DNA of 64,000 bases. Origin: an uncultured delta proteobacterium (lineage in GTDB: Bacteria; Myxococcota_A; Polyangia; Polyangiales; B10-G4). Where the stretch lies: assembly GCA_963727445.1 (NCBI GenBank), contig CAVSGI010000009.1, positions 288,001 through 352,000 of the forward strand, read 5' to 3'. The notes under the pieces are model-generated. The model made no database searches. It worked only from the letters and a program-made list of their open reading frames with translations, and had not been told where the DNA came from. The translations under genes were made by a program, and so were the position numbers. Positions 38,831 to 48,785 of the stretch are shown piece by piece; the first letter of the stretch is position 1, and every line of letters begins with the position of its first letter.

Positions 38831-38885
38831 GGCGAGCCGCCCGCGGTCGCTCGCAGCAGCCTGAGCGAGTGGTACCCTGCCCACC

Positions 38886-40757
38886 ATGCGCCCCTGGGCT
38901 CCCCGCTCCGCGCTCACACTCCTCCTCCTCTGGGCGGGCTGCTCTTGCTCTTGCGCGAGCTGTGGCTCGACGACCACGCCAGAGCAGACGGTGCGAGCCC
39001 CGATTGGGCCGGAGACCGCGCTCGAGGATGATCGGGCGCACGCGCTCGAGCAGCGCCATCGGCTCGCGTGCGGGACGAATCATGCGTGCGCGCTCGATGC
39101 CGATGGGAAGGTGAGGTGTTGGGGCGATGCGGCGCTCGCGCTCGGCGCTCCCGAGGGGTCGTTCGTCACGCTCGCGGCTGGGCGATTCACGACCTGTGGG
39201 CTCCGCGCGGACCAGAGCGTGGCGTGCTGGGGGCCTCCGGGTGGCGCGGGGACCGAGGCACCCGAGACGGATCTCGTGTCGATCACCGCGGGCGACGAAG
39301 GGGCCTGCGGCCTCGGGGCCGACATGGTCGCCGTGTGCTGGCAGTACCCCGGCGGCTCATCGGTCGAAGGCGCTCCCTCCGAGCGCCTCCGCACACTCGA
39401 GACGTGGGGCGAGACGACATGCGCGCTGCGGCCCGACGGTACGCCAGTGTGCTGGGGGTTCGATCCCACACAGGGCGACTTCCCTTCGAACGAGCGGTTT
39501 CGCGCAATCGCCGTGGGGTGGTTGAAGCTCTGCGGCTCGAGTGATGACGGCGTGATGCGATGCTGGGGAGAGGGGCCGCGGGAGCCGTTCGGCGACGAGC
39601 CCATGACGCACATCGCCGGGCACTCTGGCGGCGGGGTGTGCGGTCTGACGCGCGCCGGCGCCCACGCGCGGTGCTTCGGCTTCGACGAGCGGGTCGAGAT
39701 GCCGGCGCGCGTGGATGGACCGTTCGAGGATGTCGTCGTGGGCCAATACTACGCCTGTGGGCTGGAGTCCGATGGATCGCTGCGCTGTTGGGGGAGCGCG
39801 CCCGGTGCCACGCCGGAGGGCTCGTTCGAGGAGGTCGTTGCGTGCGACGGGAGCGTCTGCGGTCGTCGCGCTGACGGGACGGTCGAGTGCGCCGGCAGCC
39901 CATACTACGGCCAGGCGCACCCACCAGAGGGCACGTTCGAAGCGGTCGCCTCCGGACGCGACCGCTCGTGCGCGTTGCGCAGCCCCGATCGGAGCGTCGC
40001 CTGCTGGGGCGGTCCCCCGTCGCTGCCGTTCGAGCCACCCGACGGGGCTTTCGCGTCGCTCGAGCTCGGCGATGGGTGGGCGTGTGGCCTGCGTGATGAC
40101 GGCCGCGCGGAGTGCTGGGGCAACATGCGCAATCGCACCGACGCGCCCTCGGACCCGGACGCGCGGTTCGCGCACCTCGACGTCGGCGGCGGAATGGCAT
40201 GCGGGATCACTCGCGAGCACACGGCCCGTTGCTGGGGGGAGAACTCCACCGACCTGCCCATCGGCTCGCTCACAGACGTGGCCGAAGTCGAGACGAGCGC
40301 GTCCTTCGTGATGGTGCGTCACCTCGACGACCACCTGACGTGCTTCACGATGCAGCTCCCGAACGGGGGCGGCGGCGGCTCGCCTGCGATGCACTGGGCA
40401 CCCGCGGCGTGCCCCGTGACCTCCGCGCGCGAGATCGTTGCGACTGACGCGCTGACCTGCTGGCTCACGGATCACCGCGGCCTCGAGTGCCGCTTCCAAG
40501 GCCCGGACGGCACGATGAGCGAGCCGCGGCGGGTCGCGGCTTCGGAGGTCCGTGACATCGTCGCCACCTACGACGTCGTCTGCGCGCGATTTCCCGACGA
40601 CCACACCGAGTGTTGGGGCAACAACGGCTGGGCTGAGACCGAGGTCCCCAGGGGTGCGCGCTTTACCGCCGTCGCCCCCGGGTACCATCACGCGTGCGCG
40701 CTGGATCCCGAGGCCCACCTCGTCTGCTGGGGGAGCTACGCGGGCACGCTCCTCTAG
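38886..40757 (+). CDS. RCC1/BLIP-II-like repeat secreted protein
   Basis: Many G-xx-H/T-A/T-C-A/G-L-xx-DG-xxx-CWG repeats. Confidence 0.88.
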   Translation: MRPWAPRSALTLLLLWAGCSCSCASCGSTTTPEQTVRAPIGPETALEDDRAHALEQRHRLACGTNHACALDADGKVRCWGDAALALGAPEGSFVTLAAGRFTTCGLRADQSVACWGPPGGAGTEAPETDLVSITAGDEGACGLGADMVAVCWQYPGGSSVEGAPSERLRTLETWGETTCALRPDGTPVCWGFDPTQGDFPSNERFRAIAVGWLKLCGSSDDGVMRCWGEGPREPFGDEPMTHIAGHSGGGVCGLTRAGAHARCFGFDERVEMPARVDGPFEDVVVGQYYACGLESDGSLRCWGSAPGATPEGSFEEVVACDGSVCGRRADGTVECAGSPYYGQAHPPEGTFEAVASGRDRSCALRSPDRSVACWGGPPSLPFEPPDGAFASLELGDGWACGLRDDGRAECWGNMRNRTDAPSDPDARFAHLDVGGGMACGITREHTARCWGENSTDLPIGSLTDVAEVETSASFVMVRHLDDHLTCFTMQLPNGGGGGSPAMHWAPAACPVTSAREIVATDALTCWLTDHRGLECRFQGPDGTMSEPRRVAASEVRDIVATYDVVCARFPDDHTECWGNNGWAETEVPRGARFTAVAPGYHHACALDPEAHLVCWGSYAGTLL

Positions 40758-40847
40758 CGCTCGCGTACCGGGGTGGTTTGTGTGATCGGGAGCGACGAGC
40801 TCGACGTCCTCACCGATCGTCGCCGCTCGACTCGGAGTCCCTCACGG

Positions 40848-42074
40848 TCAGTCCACCTGCGTGAACCTCACCAGCCCCAGCCACGGGCTCTGTCCATCGG
40901 CGAGGCTCGTCAGACCGGGCGTCTGCATCTGGCCGACGGCACTGATGCGTGGGGCGAGGGGCGCCGGGAGGCGGCGGGCGATGGCGCGGCGGGTGCCGAT
41001 GTCGGCGGCGATGCCCAGGGCCTTGAGGTGAACGCCGAGGGGGCTGAGGCGCCGGCCGAGGTCCTCTTCGTCGGCGCAGCTCAGGACGGCGACGTTTCGG
41101 TGGCCGGGGCTGAGGCGCAGCGGCGCGTCGCCTTCGAAGCACACCGCGTAGCCGTCGCCTTCGAAGAGATCGCCGCGGGTCGCGCCGACGCCGCGCCACT
41201 GGAGCTGCTGGGCGCCGCGATCCATCGGCAACGGGCCGCGCGGTAGCTCGGTGCGCAGGCGCTCGAGGGCCTCCGCGATCGCCTCGGCCAGCGCACGGGC
41301 GTCCTCGGTCTTCGCGTCGGTCCACACCGCGTGGGGCGACAGACAGCCGCGCTGGTCGTAGGCGGCGACGTCGAGGGCGATCTGCGACGCGACCTCGTCG
41401 ATGTCGGTGCGGCCGCCGGCGAAGGGCACGTAGATGGCGCCGAGGCCGTGGCCGTGGGGCACGAAGGTCGTCGTGGCCGGGAGCCGTGCGCGGATCTCGG
41501 CGAGGGTGGCGTCACTGCCGTAGGCGGCGACCATGTCGGCCTGGGCAAAGAGCGCATCCTCGAGCTTCACGTTGCCGCCCTCGAAGGTCAGGACCTCGAC
41601 GCTCGCCGCCACCTCTGGCGCGCGCAGCTCGATGGCGCGGCGCAGAAGCCGGGGGAAGACGTCGTCGCGTGAGGATGCCTTCGCGATCACTGGGACGCGC
41701 GCCAGGAGCGGCACGAGCATGGCGCGGAGCGAGGCGGTGAAGACGTTGCCCGAAAGGACGAGGGCCGCGAGGCGCGCTCGGGAGATGGTGGCGCCGTTCG
41801 GTGGCGTGAGTGAACGGGAGAGCGAGTGGAGCGCGCCGCGGGTCACGCCGCCGACAGCCGTCTCGAGCGCCCAGTCCACCATCTCTGCCGAGAGCCCGGT
41901 GCTCTGGACGAGGAGCCCGCGCGCCTCCGCGCCCGTCTCCGTTTCGCGATCGGCCAGCAAATCGGCCGCGTCCGCCAGGCGCGCGATCAGATCTTCCTCG
42001 TCCATCGCGCGGAGCACGCCCGCGGTCGCCGCGGTCTCGGCGGCGCGCCGCCGGATCCCTTCCATCTGACTCAT
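40848..42074 (-). CDS. Acyl-CoA reductase, LuxC-like
   Basis: LSGNVF, KASSRD, AYGSDATL, AAYDQRGCLSPH (catalytic Cys). Confidence 0.88.
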   Translation of the reverse strand: MSQMEGIRRRAAETAATAGVLRAMDEEDLIARLADAADLLADRETETGAEARGLLVQSTGLSAEMVDWALETAVGGVTRGALHSLSRSLTPPNGATISRARLAALVLSGNVFTASLRAMLVPLLARVPVIAKASSRDDVFPRLLRRAIELRAPEVAASVEVLTFEGGNVKLEDALFAQADMVAAYGSDATLAEIRARLPATTTFVPHGHGLGAIYVPFAGGRTDIDEVASQIALDVAAYDQRGCLSPHAVWTDAKTEDARALAEAIAEALERLRTELPRGPLPMDRGAQQLQWRGVGATRGDLFEGDGYAVCFEGDAPLRLSPGHRNVAVLSCADEEDLGRRLSPLGVHLKALGIAADIGTRRAIARRLPAPLAPRISAVGQMQTPGLTSLADGQSPWLGLVRFTQVD

Positions 42075-43159
42075 CGGGCTCCCCTGCTCAGCGCCGCGTC
42101 CATGGCGAGGCCACAGCCCCGCGGGACCGCGTCCTCGGCGCGGCCGAGCAGCTCGATCCCGCCATCCACCGCGCGCGCGAGATCCGCGGTCTGGATCGCC
42201 GCGACCGTGTCCACGTTGGCGACGTCGTCGATGCGAAGGATGCCGACCTCGCCTTCGGCAACCGCCGCGAGCGACTCCGGGTCCACGGGTGTGGCGCGCA
42301 TCCAGCCCGGCACCCAGTAGCGCCGCGGTTGTCGCGGCGCGAGCAGCGTCGTCTCGTACATCTGGCTCGACAGCTCGGTCATTCCGTATTCGCTCACGAC
42401 GAAGCTCTCCGCGACGCCATAGCGCTCCGCGAGGAGGCGGCGCATCGCCACCGGCGCCACCTCGCGGGTGCGGCCCTTGAAGCCGCCGGTCTGCATGATC
42501 CGGCTTCCGTCCGGAAGCGCGAAGCGCGTCTGTCCGAGAGCGTCCTCGAGGTGCACGAACGCGAAGCTGGTGCCGAGGAGGGCGACCGGGATGGCGTCGT
42601 TTCGCGCATCGCGGAGCGCGGCCCCGAGGGCCTCCACGTCGAGGGCGTCGGGGCTGGCCACCCATGCCGAGCGCCCATCGCCGAACCATTCGTCGAAGCG
42701 ACCCAGCATGTAGGAGAGCGAGGACGCGGGCAGGGCGTGGGGCGGCGGCGCGACGAAGACCAGGCGCATTCGCGCGACGCCCGCGAAGAGCGCGTGGGCC
42801 GCGGCGGCGCGCGCGGCCCGGTCGTAGAGCGCGAGCTCGCGGAAGTGGTGTGCGCCACGCGCGCCGTGGGTCGTGCCGGAGGTCAGAAAGGTGCGAGCGG
42901 TGGCGCCTTCCGGAAACGAAGCGACCCGCGCAAAACGAAAGACGTCGGTCGGAAGCGCCGGGACCTGGTCGATGCTCTCCATCCGCCCGCCCCCGACGCG
43001 GCTCTGCACGAGGCGGCCGTAGGGCATCACGGCCTCGGCCTGCGCGAGCGCGATCGACAGCAGGAGCGCGTCACGCGCTTCGTCGTCCCGACTTCCGTCG
43101 GCGAGGCGATCGATCAGCGCAGCGGCGCGCGCGCGAAGCGCTTCGAGCGTCGCGCTCAC
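42071..43159 (-). CDS. Acyl-protein synthetase, LuxE-like
   Basis: PALPTDVFR, FLTSGTT, QTGGFKGR, SEYGMTELSSQMY, IQTADL, LLGR...PRGC. Confidence 0.9.
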   Translation of the reverse strand: MSATLEALRARAAALIDRLADGSRDDEARDALLLSIALAQAEAVMPYGRLVQSRVGGGRMESIDQVPALPTDVFRFARVASFPEGATARTFLTSGTTHGARGAHHFRELALYDRAARAAAAHALFAGVARMRLVFVAPPPHALPASSLSYMLGRFDEWFGDGRSAWVASPDALDVEALGAALRDARNDAIPVALLGTSFAFVHLEDALGQTRFALPDGSRIMQTGGFKGRTREVAPVAMRRLLAERYGVAESFVVSEYGMTELSSQMYETTLLAPRQPRRYWVPGWMRATPVDPESLAAVAEGEVGILRIDDVANVDTVAAIQTADLARAVDGGIELLGRAEDAVPRGCGLAMDAALSRGAR

Positions 43160-44490
43160 CCTGCGGCCTCGTTCGCGAGCACCGCTTCGAGCGCCTCCAC
43201 GAAGGGGTCGAGGAGCGCTTCGTCGATGATCAGAGGTGGGACGATCTGCAAGACCCGCGCGTCTCGCCCCGCCGGGAGCGCGAGGTAGCCGCGCTCGAGC
43301 AGCCGTCGCACCACGCGGAGGCAGAGCTCGCCGGACTCGAGCACCACGCCCGCGGCGAGGCCCAGCCCGCGCACCTCGCGCACCGGGGCGAGCGCCGACA
43401 GCGCATCGAGTCGTGCCCGAAAGCGCGCGCCCACTTCCCGTGCGCGCGCCGGCAGGTCCTCTTCCTCGATCACGTCGAGGGACGCGTGGGCGGCGGCGCA
43501 TCCGAGTGGATTGCCGAAGAAGGTGCCGGTGTGGATCGCCGCCCCGTCGGGATCGCCCCAAGCGGCCATCACCTCGGCGCGCCCCAGGAGCGCGCTCACC
43601 GGCAGGCCACCGCCGAGCGCTTTGCCCACGCACAAGAGGTCCGGCGTCGCTCCGTCGGCGACCGATCGAAAGAGCGCGCCCGTGCGCCCGAAGCCCGTGA
43701 AGATCTCGTCGACCACCAACAGGGCGCCGCGTTCGTGCGCGAGCGCTTCGAGCCCCGAAAGGAAACCGGCGGGTGGCACCACCACCCCACCCCGCCCGAG
43801 CATCGGCTCGACGAGGATGGCCCCCGCCCCCTCGGCTGGCCACGCGTCGGCGACGGCGCGCAGGGCCTCTTCGACAGCGACCGTCGCGCGTGGGTAGGGC
43901 ACGAAGGTCACGTGGGGGTTGAGCTGCGCCGCGAAGGGCGCCCGGAACGCTTCCGAGAAACCGCAGGCCGCCAGTGGCCCGTGGGAGAGCCCGTGATAGC
44001 CGCCTTCGAAAGCGACGATCCCCGGGCGGCCAGTGGCGAGCATCGCGGTCTTGATCGCCGCCTCCACCGCGTCCGCGCCGCCGAGGCCGAGCACTACCCG
44101 CGCGTCTCGCCAGGGTGCGAGCGCAGCGAGGCGCGCGAGGAGCGCGATCTTCACATCCGAGGGATGAAGATCGCCGAGGGCATGGATCAGCCTCCCCGCC
44201 TGCGCCTGCACCGCGGCCACCACCCGCGGGTGCGCGTGGCCGACCGCGGCGACGCCGAAACCGGCCGTCATGTCCACGTACCGATTGCCGTCGGCGTCGA
44301 CGACGTTGGCGCCCCTGGCCTCGGCCCAAACGATGGGATCGTGCGGGGCGCCAGCTCTCTCCCTCCGCCGCGCCCGCCGCGTAGTGAAGGAAGGGCACTC
44401 GGTGCGCGCGAGCGTCTCCACCAGCGCTTGGGCGCGCGGGCCGGGGAGCGGGGCCCGGACCGAGGGGGGAAGCTGACCGAGCGTCGTCAC
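43156..44490 (-). CDS. Class III PLP-dependent aminotransferase
   Basis: DADGNRYVD, GYHG, LVVDEIFTGFGRTG, PDLLCVGKALGGG, TGTFFGNP. Confidence 0.93.
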   Translation of the reverse strand: MTTLGQLPPSVRAPLPGPRAQALVETLARTECPSFTTRRARRRERAGAPHDPIVWAEARGANVVDADGNRYVDMTAGFGVAAVGHAHPRVVAAVQAQAGRLIHALGDLHPSDVKIALLARLAALAPWRDARVVLGLGGADAVEAAIKTAMLATGRPGIVAFEGGYHGLSHGPLAACGFSEAFRAPFAAQLNPHVTFVPYPRATVAVEEALRAVADAWPAEGAGAILVEPMLGRGGVVVPPAGFLSGLEALAHERGALLVVDEIFTGFGRTGALFRSVADGATPDLLCVGKALGGGLPVSALLGRAEVMAAWGDPDGAAIHTGTFFGNPLGCAAAHASLDVIEEEDLPARAREVGARFRARLDALSALAPVREVRGLGLAAGVVLESGELCLRVVRRLLERGYLALPAGRDARVLQIVPPLIIDEALLDPFVEALEAVLANEAAG

Positions 44491-44536
44491 TGCCGGGGTT
44501 GTAGGAAGTCGCGCGGCGATGAGCAAACGCCCGGGG

Positions 44537-45466
44537 CTACCTCTTCCAGGGATAGAAGAGCATCGCCTCGGAGCGCACCGTCCGCATCACGGCGGCGTCG
44601 TCGAGGAGCAGGACGTCCAGGGCGGCGCCCTGACCATCCCCCGCCTCCCGGAGCCGCTGGACGATCTCGTTGACCCGCTGGCGGAACGCGGTGTCGACCT
44701 TCAGCCCCACGGTCGGCATGGGGGCGCCGGGGCCACGGGCGATCGCGCAGAGCGCCGCCCACTCCACTTCGGGATACCCCCGGAGCACGTTGGCGAGGGA
44801 AGCGAGGAGCTCGTCGCTCGGCTTCTCCTTGAGCTTGTGTACCGCGACGCTCGAGCCACTGCCGAAGGTGGTGACGGCCGCGGGCGCGTCGTCGGCGCTC
44901 GCCTGGACCGCCGCACCGGCCGCTGCGGCCTCTCTCGCCATCTCCGTCGCGTCCGCGCGCCGGGCGGCGCTCACCGCGGGCACCTTCTGCGCGGTGTTGG
45001 CTTTCACCGCCTGCATCATCGTCGACGAGATGCGCCCCACGGCAGCGTAGGGCCCCGACGACTCGCGGCGGGCGGCCGGCGAGAGCAGCGGCTCCATCTC
45101 CTCGCGATCGATGTCGAGGGAGTGACTCGAGGAGATGTCGATCACCACGAAATGCAGGTTCTGACCGACCGCGTGATTGAGCGCGCCGCGGGCGCCGATC
45201 TCCTTGAAGGTCGGTTGGCCGTTTGGGTCGACCCAGCCGAACTGGGCGGCGGCACGGTCGAGCTCCTCTCGCGTGGAGAAGATCGGCAGCGCCGTCTGGC
45301 CATCGGCATTGGTGAGGGTGCGGAAATTCGAGTCGTCCGCCCCTCCCCAGGTGGGGACGTAAACCGTCCTTTGCGCCAGGGCGACGAGAGCATCGACCTT
45401 CGCCTGACCGCCTTTTTGGGCGTCAGTGAGGAGGCGGTGAAAGGGGGAGAGGGTGGAGTCTGTCAC
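44537..45466 (-). CDS. SseB family protein (N- and C-terminal SseB-like domains)
   Basis: VYVPT, ALPIFSTREEL, VVIDI; C-terminal YPEVEWAAL...LDVLLL...FY. Confidence 0.7.
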   Translation of the reverse strand: MTDSTLSPFHRLLTDAQKGGQAKVDALVALAQRTVYVPTWGGADDSNFRTLTNADGQTALPIFSTREELDRAAAQFGWVDPNGQPTFKEIGARGALNHAVGQNLHFVVIDISSSHSLDIDREEMEPLLSPAARRESSGPYAAVGRISSTMMQAVKANTAQKVPAVSAARRADATEMAREAAAAGAAVQASADDAPAAVTTFGSGSSVAVHKLKEKPSDELLASLANVLRGYPEVEWAALCAIARGPGAPMPTVGLKVDTAFRQRVNEIVQRLREAGDGQGAALDVLLLDDAAVMRTVRSEAMLFYPWKR

Positions 45467-45560
45467 ACCGAAACAGATGATAACCGGGCGGATGTCACGG
45501 CTTGCAAGTTCGAGACAGGAACGGAGCAACTGAGCGCGGCCCGCGCCGATAAGCGCCGCG

Positions 45561-47168
45561 ATGGTCGCACCCTCTCTCCGCCTCCTCGCCACACTCCTGC
45601 TCGTGAGCGCTGCCCTCGGCTGCGCCCAGTCGGCCAGTTGCCCCGTCGGGACCGCATCCGACGAGGGCGGGCGCTGTTCGGCGGCCCCCGATGCCGCGCT
45701 CGACGATGACGCTGGCGTCGGCTCGCCGGAGCCCGAGCCGCCGGGCAGGCTGATCGTCCGAGTGCCCACTGATGTGACGTGGATCATCGCCGGCGACACC
45801 GCCGAGGTGGCGCTTCGTGCCTCGACCGCGCCCAGCTACTACGGGCCCATCACCATCATGCTCGAGGGATTGCCCGAAGGCGTCGCCCTCGCACCGGACG
45901 AGGACTTCGCGGGCCCCACCTTCGCGCTTCGAGCGGTCTCCGATGCGCCTGTCGGCGTGCGCGCGGAGGTGATGGTGCGCGCCTTCGTCACGGAGCGACC
46001 GGAGATCGCCGGCGAGGCGACTTTCACTTTGGGGGTGCGGGGCCGACGTGGTGAGCTCGACGAGAGCTTCGACGCCGATGGGATCCGCACCGACGTTCCT
46101 CTCGACGGAAGCCGTGACACGGTCACCCAGATCGCAAGGGCCGCAGAGGGAACTTTGATCGTCGGCGGCAACGGGCAGGCCGACGGACGTCAGATCGGCT
46201 TCGTCTCGTGGTACGCCCCGGATGGCTCCTCCGCGGGCGTCACCCAGCAGGTCGACATCCTCGGTGCGCGCAACACGCGAGTCCGGGGGGTGTTGCCCAT
46301 GGAGGACGGCCTGCTCGTCTCGGTGGAGGCCGACAGCGAGTACGTCCTGCGCTACGACGAGGACGGCCGCGTCGACCGCGGGTTCGTCACCGACCCGACG
46401 GTCGCCCGCCCGAGCGTGCTACACGGCGGCGCGCTCCATCGGCACGGCGACGGGTTCATCGTGAGCTTCAACGAACAGCTCGAGCGCTACCACGCCGACG
46501 GCACGCTCGACCGCGACTTCGGCGCGGAGGGCATCATCCCCGTCAGCGGTGCGCTCGTTCCACGGATGGCGTTCTTCTCGGACCGGTCCTTCGTGTGGGC
46601 GTCCACCTCGTACACCGCCGGTAAGGTGTTCATGCGTCTCGACGCGCATGGCGGGCGCCGCATCTCCTTCGGCACCCGCGGTGTGGTCGAGCTCTCCGGC
46701 ATCCGCTCGCTCTTCGGCATCGTGGCCCTCGAGGATGGGGCGATGATCTTCGCCGGCGACACCCTCGCCGTCTCCGCGGCGGATTTCCGGGGGGGCCTCA
46801 CCAAGATCACCCCGCGTGGCGAGATCGACAGCGCCTTCGGCGCGGGCGGCGAGCGTCTCATCGACGACGGCACCGGTGCTGCGCTCGCCCTCTACGGGAT
46901 CGCGGCGCACGACGACACGATCTACGGCTGGGGCACCCGCTACGTGGATGGCGCGCCCCTTCGAGGATTCGTCGTGGCCTACACGAGCGCTGGCACCCTC
47001 GACACGACCTTCGACCACGGCGGCTTCGTCGACCTCGGAGAGGGCGTTCTGCCGCGGGACGGCTTCGTCGACGAAGTGAGCGGGCGGTTGGTCCTCGCGT
47101 GCGACCGATCGTCGTCCTCCGATCCGGGCGCGCTGCACATGATCGCCGTCATCCGCCTCTGGCTCTGA
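45561..47168 (+). CDS. Lipoprotein with delta-60-like beta-propeller repeats
   Basis: ALGC lipobox; repeated G-x-LDxxFG-xx-G (LDESFDADG, LDRDFGAEG, IDSAFGAGG, LDTTFDHGG). Confidence 0.8.
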   Translation: MVAPSLRLLATLLLVSAALGCAQSASCPVGTASDEGGRCSAAPDAALDDDAGVGSPEPEPPGRLIVRVPTDVTWIIAGDTAEVALRASTAPSYYGPITIMLEGLPEGVALAPDEDFAGPTFALRAVSDAPVGVRAEVMVRAFVTERPEIAGEATFTLGVRGRRGELDESFDADGIRTDVPLDGSRDTVTQIARAAEGTLIVGGNGQADGRQIGFVSWYAPDGSSAGVTQQVDILGARNTRVRGVLPMEDGLLVSVEADSEYVLRYDEDGRVDRGFVTDPTVARPSVLHGGALHRHGDGFIVSFNEQLERYHADGTLDRDFGAEGIIPVSGALVPRMAFFSDRSFVWASTSYTAGKVFMRLDAHGGRRISFGTRGVVELSGIRSLFGIVALEDGAMIFAGDTLAVSAADFRGGLTKITPRGEIDSAFGAGGERLIDDGTGAALALYGIAAHDDTIYGWGTRYVDGAPLRGFVVAYTSAGTLDTTFDHGGFVDLGEGVLPRDGFVDEVSGRLVLACDRSSSSDPGALHMIAVIRLWL

Positions 47169-47169
47169 C

Positions 47170-48573
47170 TCAGGGCGCGGCGAGGACGGCGATCTCCTCG
47201 GCGGAGAGATCGCGGGCGTAGATGCGGACGTCGTCGAGATCACCGGCGAAGTAGCTCGTGGTGGAGCCGTTGTCGTCGGCGCCCACGAGCGCGTCGCTCG
47301 AATCGAAGGAGGGCGTCACGCTCTCCGGGCTGATCGCCACCATCGCGCCGTTCAGGTAGAGGAGGAGCCGCCGACCGACGGGCTCCCAGACCCCAGCCAC
47401 GTGCGCCCACTCGCCGGCCGTCACGGCGAGCTCGGCGGTGGCCGTCGCTTCGCCGCCCATCGCGTCCACCGTGAGGCTCAGCTCGCCTTCGCCGTCGCCG
47501 TCCGTGTCCACGAAGCCCAGCTCCCAGCTGTTGCGGAAGGAGCCGGCGAAGGGCTTGGAGAGGAAGACCATGGTGCGGGTGACGGGGAGGGTGGGCAGTT
47601 GCACCCAAGCAGCGAGGGTGAAACCCGAGGCGGTCACCAGCGCCGGGTCGTTGGGGATGTCGATGTAGTTCTGAGCGCCGTCGAAGCCGAAGGCATTTCC
47701 GCGGACGCCCGTGATGCCAGTCGTCGGACATCGCCGTCCGGTGCAGGTCGCGCTCGGTGTCATGGACGCCGCGTTGAGCTGCACGCCGTCGATGCTCCCG
47801 CTCTCGTCCATCGGCAGACGAAGGACGAGGGTCGGCTCGCGATCAGGATCCCACGGCATCGCCGTGTCCGCCGGAGCGGCGTCGGGCATCGCGGAGTCCA
47901 TCATCCCGCCGTCGGGCATGGGCGGGCGCGGCGCGCGGCAGCCTTCGTCGGGATCGCAGAGCTCGCCGCTGGTGCACGCGCTCGAATCGCCATAGCTCAT
48001 GCACGCGCCGCCCTCGCACACGGCGGTCGCGCACGACGCCGCCGACGCGCATTCGCTGTCGTCGTTGCACGCCGGCACCGGGCAGTGCTCGAGGCTGCCA
48101 GGTCGACAGCGCGGGTCGACGCATCGCCCCCCGAAGCACTCCGTGAGCTCGGGCGCGCCTCCGCCGGGACACGACACGCTGCGACAGCTCCGGGTCAGCA
48201 CGACGCGTACGCCGAGCGCTTCCTGCGCGAGCTGAAAGCGAACGATCCGATTGATGAAGACCACGCCGTCAGCGTCGCGGAGCTCCACCACCACTTGATA
48301 GGGCCCGTAGCTCAGCGGCCCGACTTCGGCGATGCGCAGGCCCGTACGGAAGGCGGCCTCGTCGGTCGGGCCGGCCGCCGTGTCGCGCGCTTCGGTGGCG
48401 AGGGCGCTCTCGGGCCGCGACTGCGAAGCCAGGGTGACGCGCACCGAGTGCATCTCCTCGCCCGGGATGAAGTCGGTCTGCACCTCCACGAAGACGCTGC
48501 CCGTCTGACCTTTCGGCTCGCAGGCGGGCGCCAGGACGAGGAGCAGAACCGGGAGAAGCGAGGCGAAGCGCAT
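47170..48573 (-). CDS. Lipoprotein with Cys-rich region and C-terminal LamG/ConA-like domain
   Basis: APAC lipobox; FTLAAWV, WAHVAGVW, LYLNG, FAGDLDDVRIYARDLS. Confidence 0.88.
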   Translation of the reverse strand: MRFASLLPVLLLVLAPACEPKGQTGSVFVEVQTDFIPGEEMHSVRVTLASQSRPESALATEARDTAAGPTDEAAFRTGLRIAEVGPLSYGPYQVVVELRDADGVVFINRIVRFQLAQEALGVRVVLTRSCRSVSCPGGGAPELTECFGGRCVDPRCRPGSLEHCPVPACNDDSECASAASCATAVCEGGACMSYGDSSACTSGELCDPDEGCRAPRPPMPDGGMMDSAMPDAAPADTAMPWDPDREPTLVLRLPMDESGSIDGVQLNAASMTPSATCTGRRCPTTGITGVRGNAFGFDGAQNYIDIPNDPALVTASGFTLAAWVQLPTLPVTRTMVFLSKPFAGSFRNSWELGFVDTDGDGEGELSLTVDAMGGEATATAELAVTAGEWAHVAGVWEPVGRRLLLYLNGAMVAISPESVTPSFDSSDALVGADDNGSTTSYFAGDLDDVRIYARDLSAEEIAVLAAP

Positions 48574-48632
48574 GCCCGAATGCAGCTTGCGCGACCCCCA
48601 CACGCGGGGTCAAACGGCCGGCGCGTCCATCC

Positions 48633-48660
48633 TTGACAGCACCGGGTCAAAGGCTATCTT
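48633..48660 (+). promoter_or_regulatory. Sigma70-type promoter of tRNA-Phe
   Basis: TTGACA-N16-TATCTT ending 13 nt before the tRNA. Confidence 0.75.
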
Positions 48661-48673
48661 CCGCCGCCTACCC

Positions 48674-48746
48674 GCCCAGATAGCTCAGTTGGTAGAGCAT
48701 TCGACTGAAAATCGAAGTGTCGGCGGTTCAATTCCGTCTCTGGGCA
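48674..48746 (+). tRNA. tRNA-Phe(GAA); CCA not encoded
   Basis: Acceptor GCCCAGA/TCTGGGC, D arm GCTCAGTTGGTAGAGC, anticodon arm TTCGA-CTGAAAA-TCGAA, T loop GTTCAAT. Confidence 0.97.
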
Positions 48747-48752
48747 CCGAAG

Positions 48753-48779
48753 AAGCCCCGCCACCCGGCGGGGCTTTTT
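48753..48779 (+). terminator. Rho-independent terminator
   Basis: AAGCCCCGCC-ACCC-GGCGGGGCTT followed by a T run. Confidence 0.9.
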
Positions 48780-48785
48780 GCTCCG

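Noticed and set aside
40848..43159. Bioluminescence (lux) operon
   Set aside because: No luxA/luxB/luxD; ribA is 12 kb away and unlinked
48674..48780. tRNA-Phe as an island integration site
   Set aside because: No integrase and no duplicated tRNA 3' end seen; the native terminator follows directly
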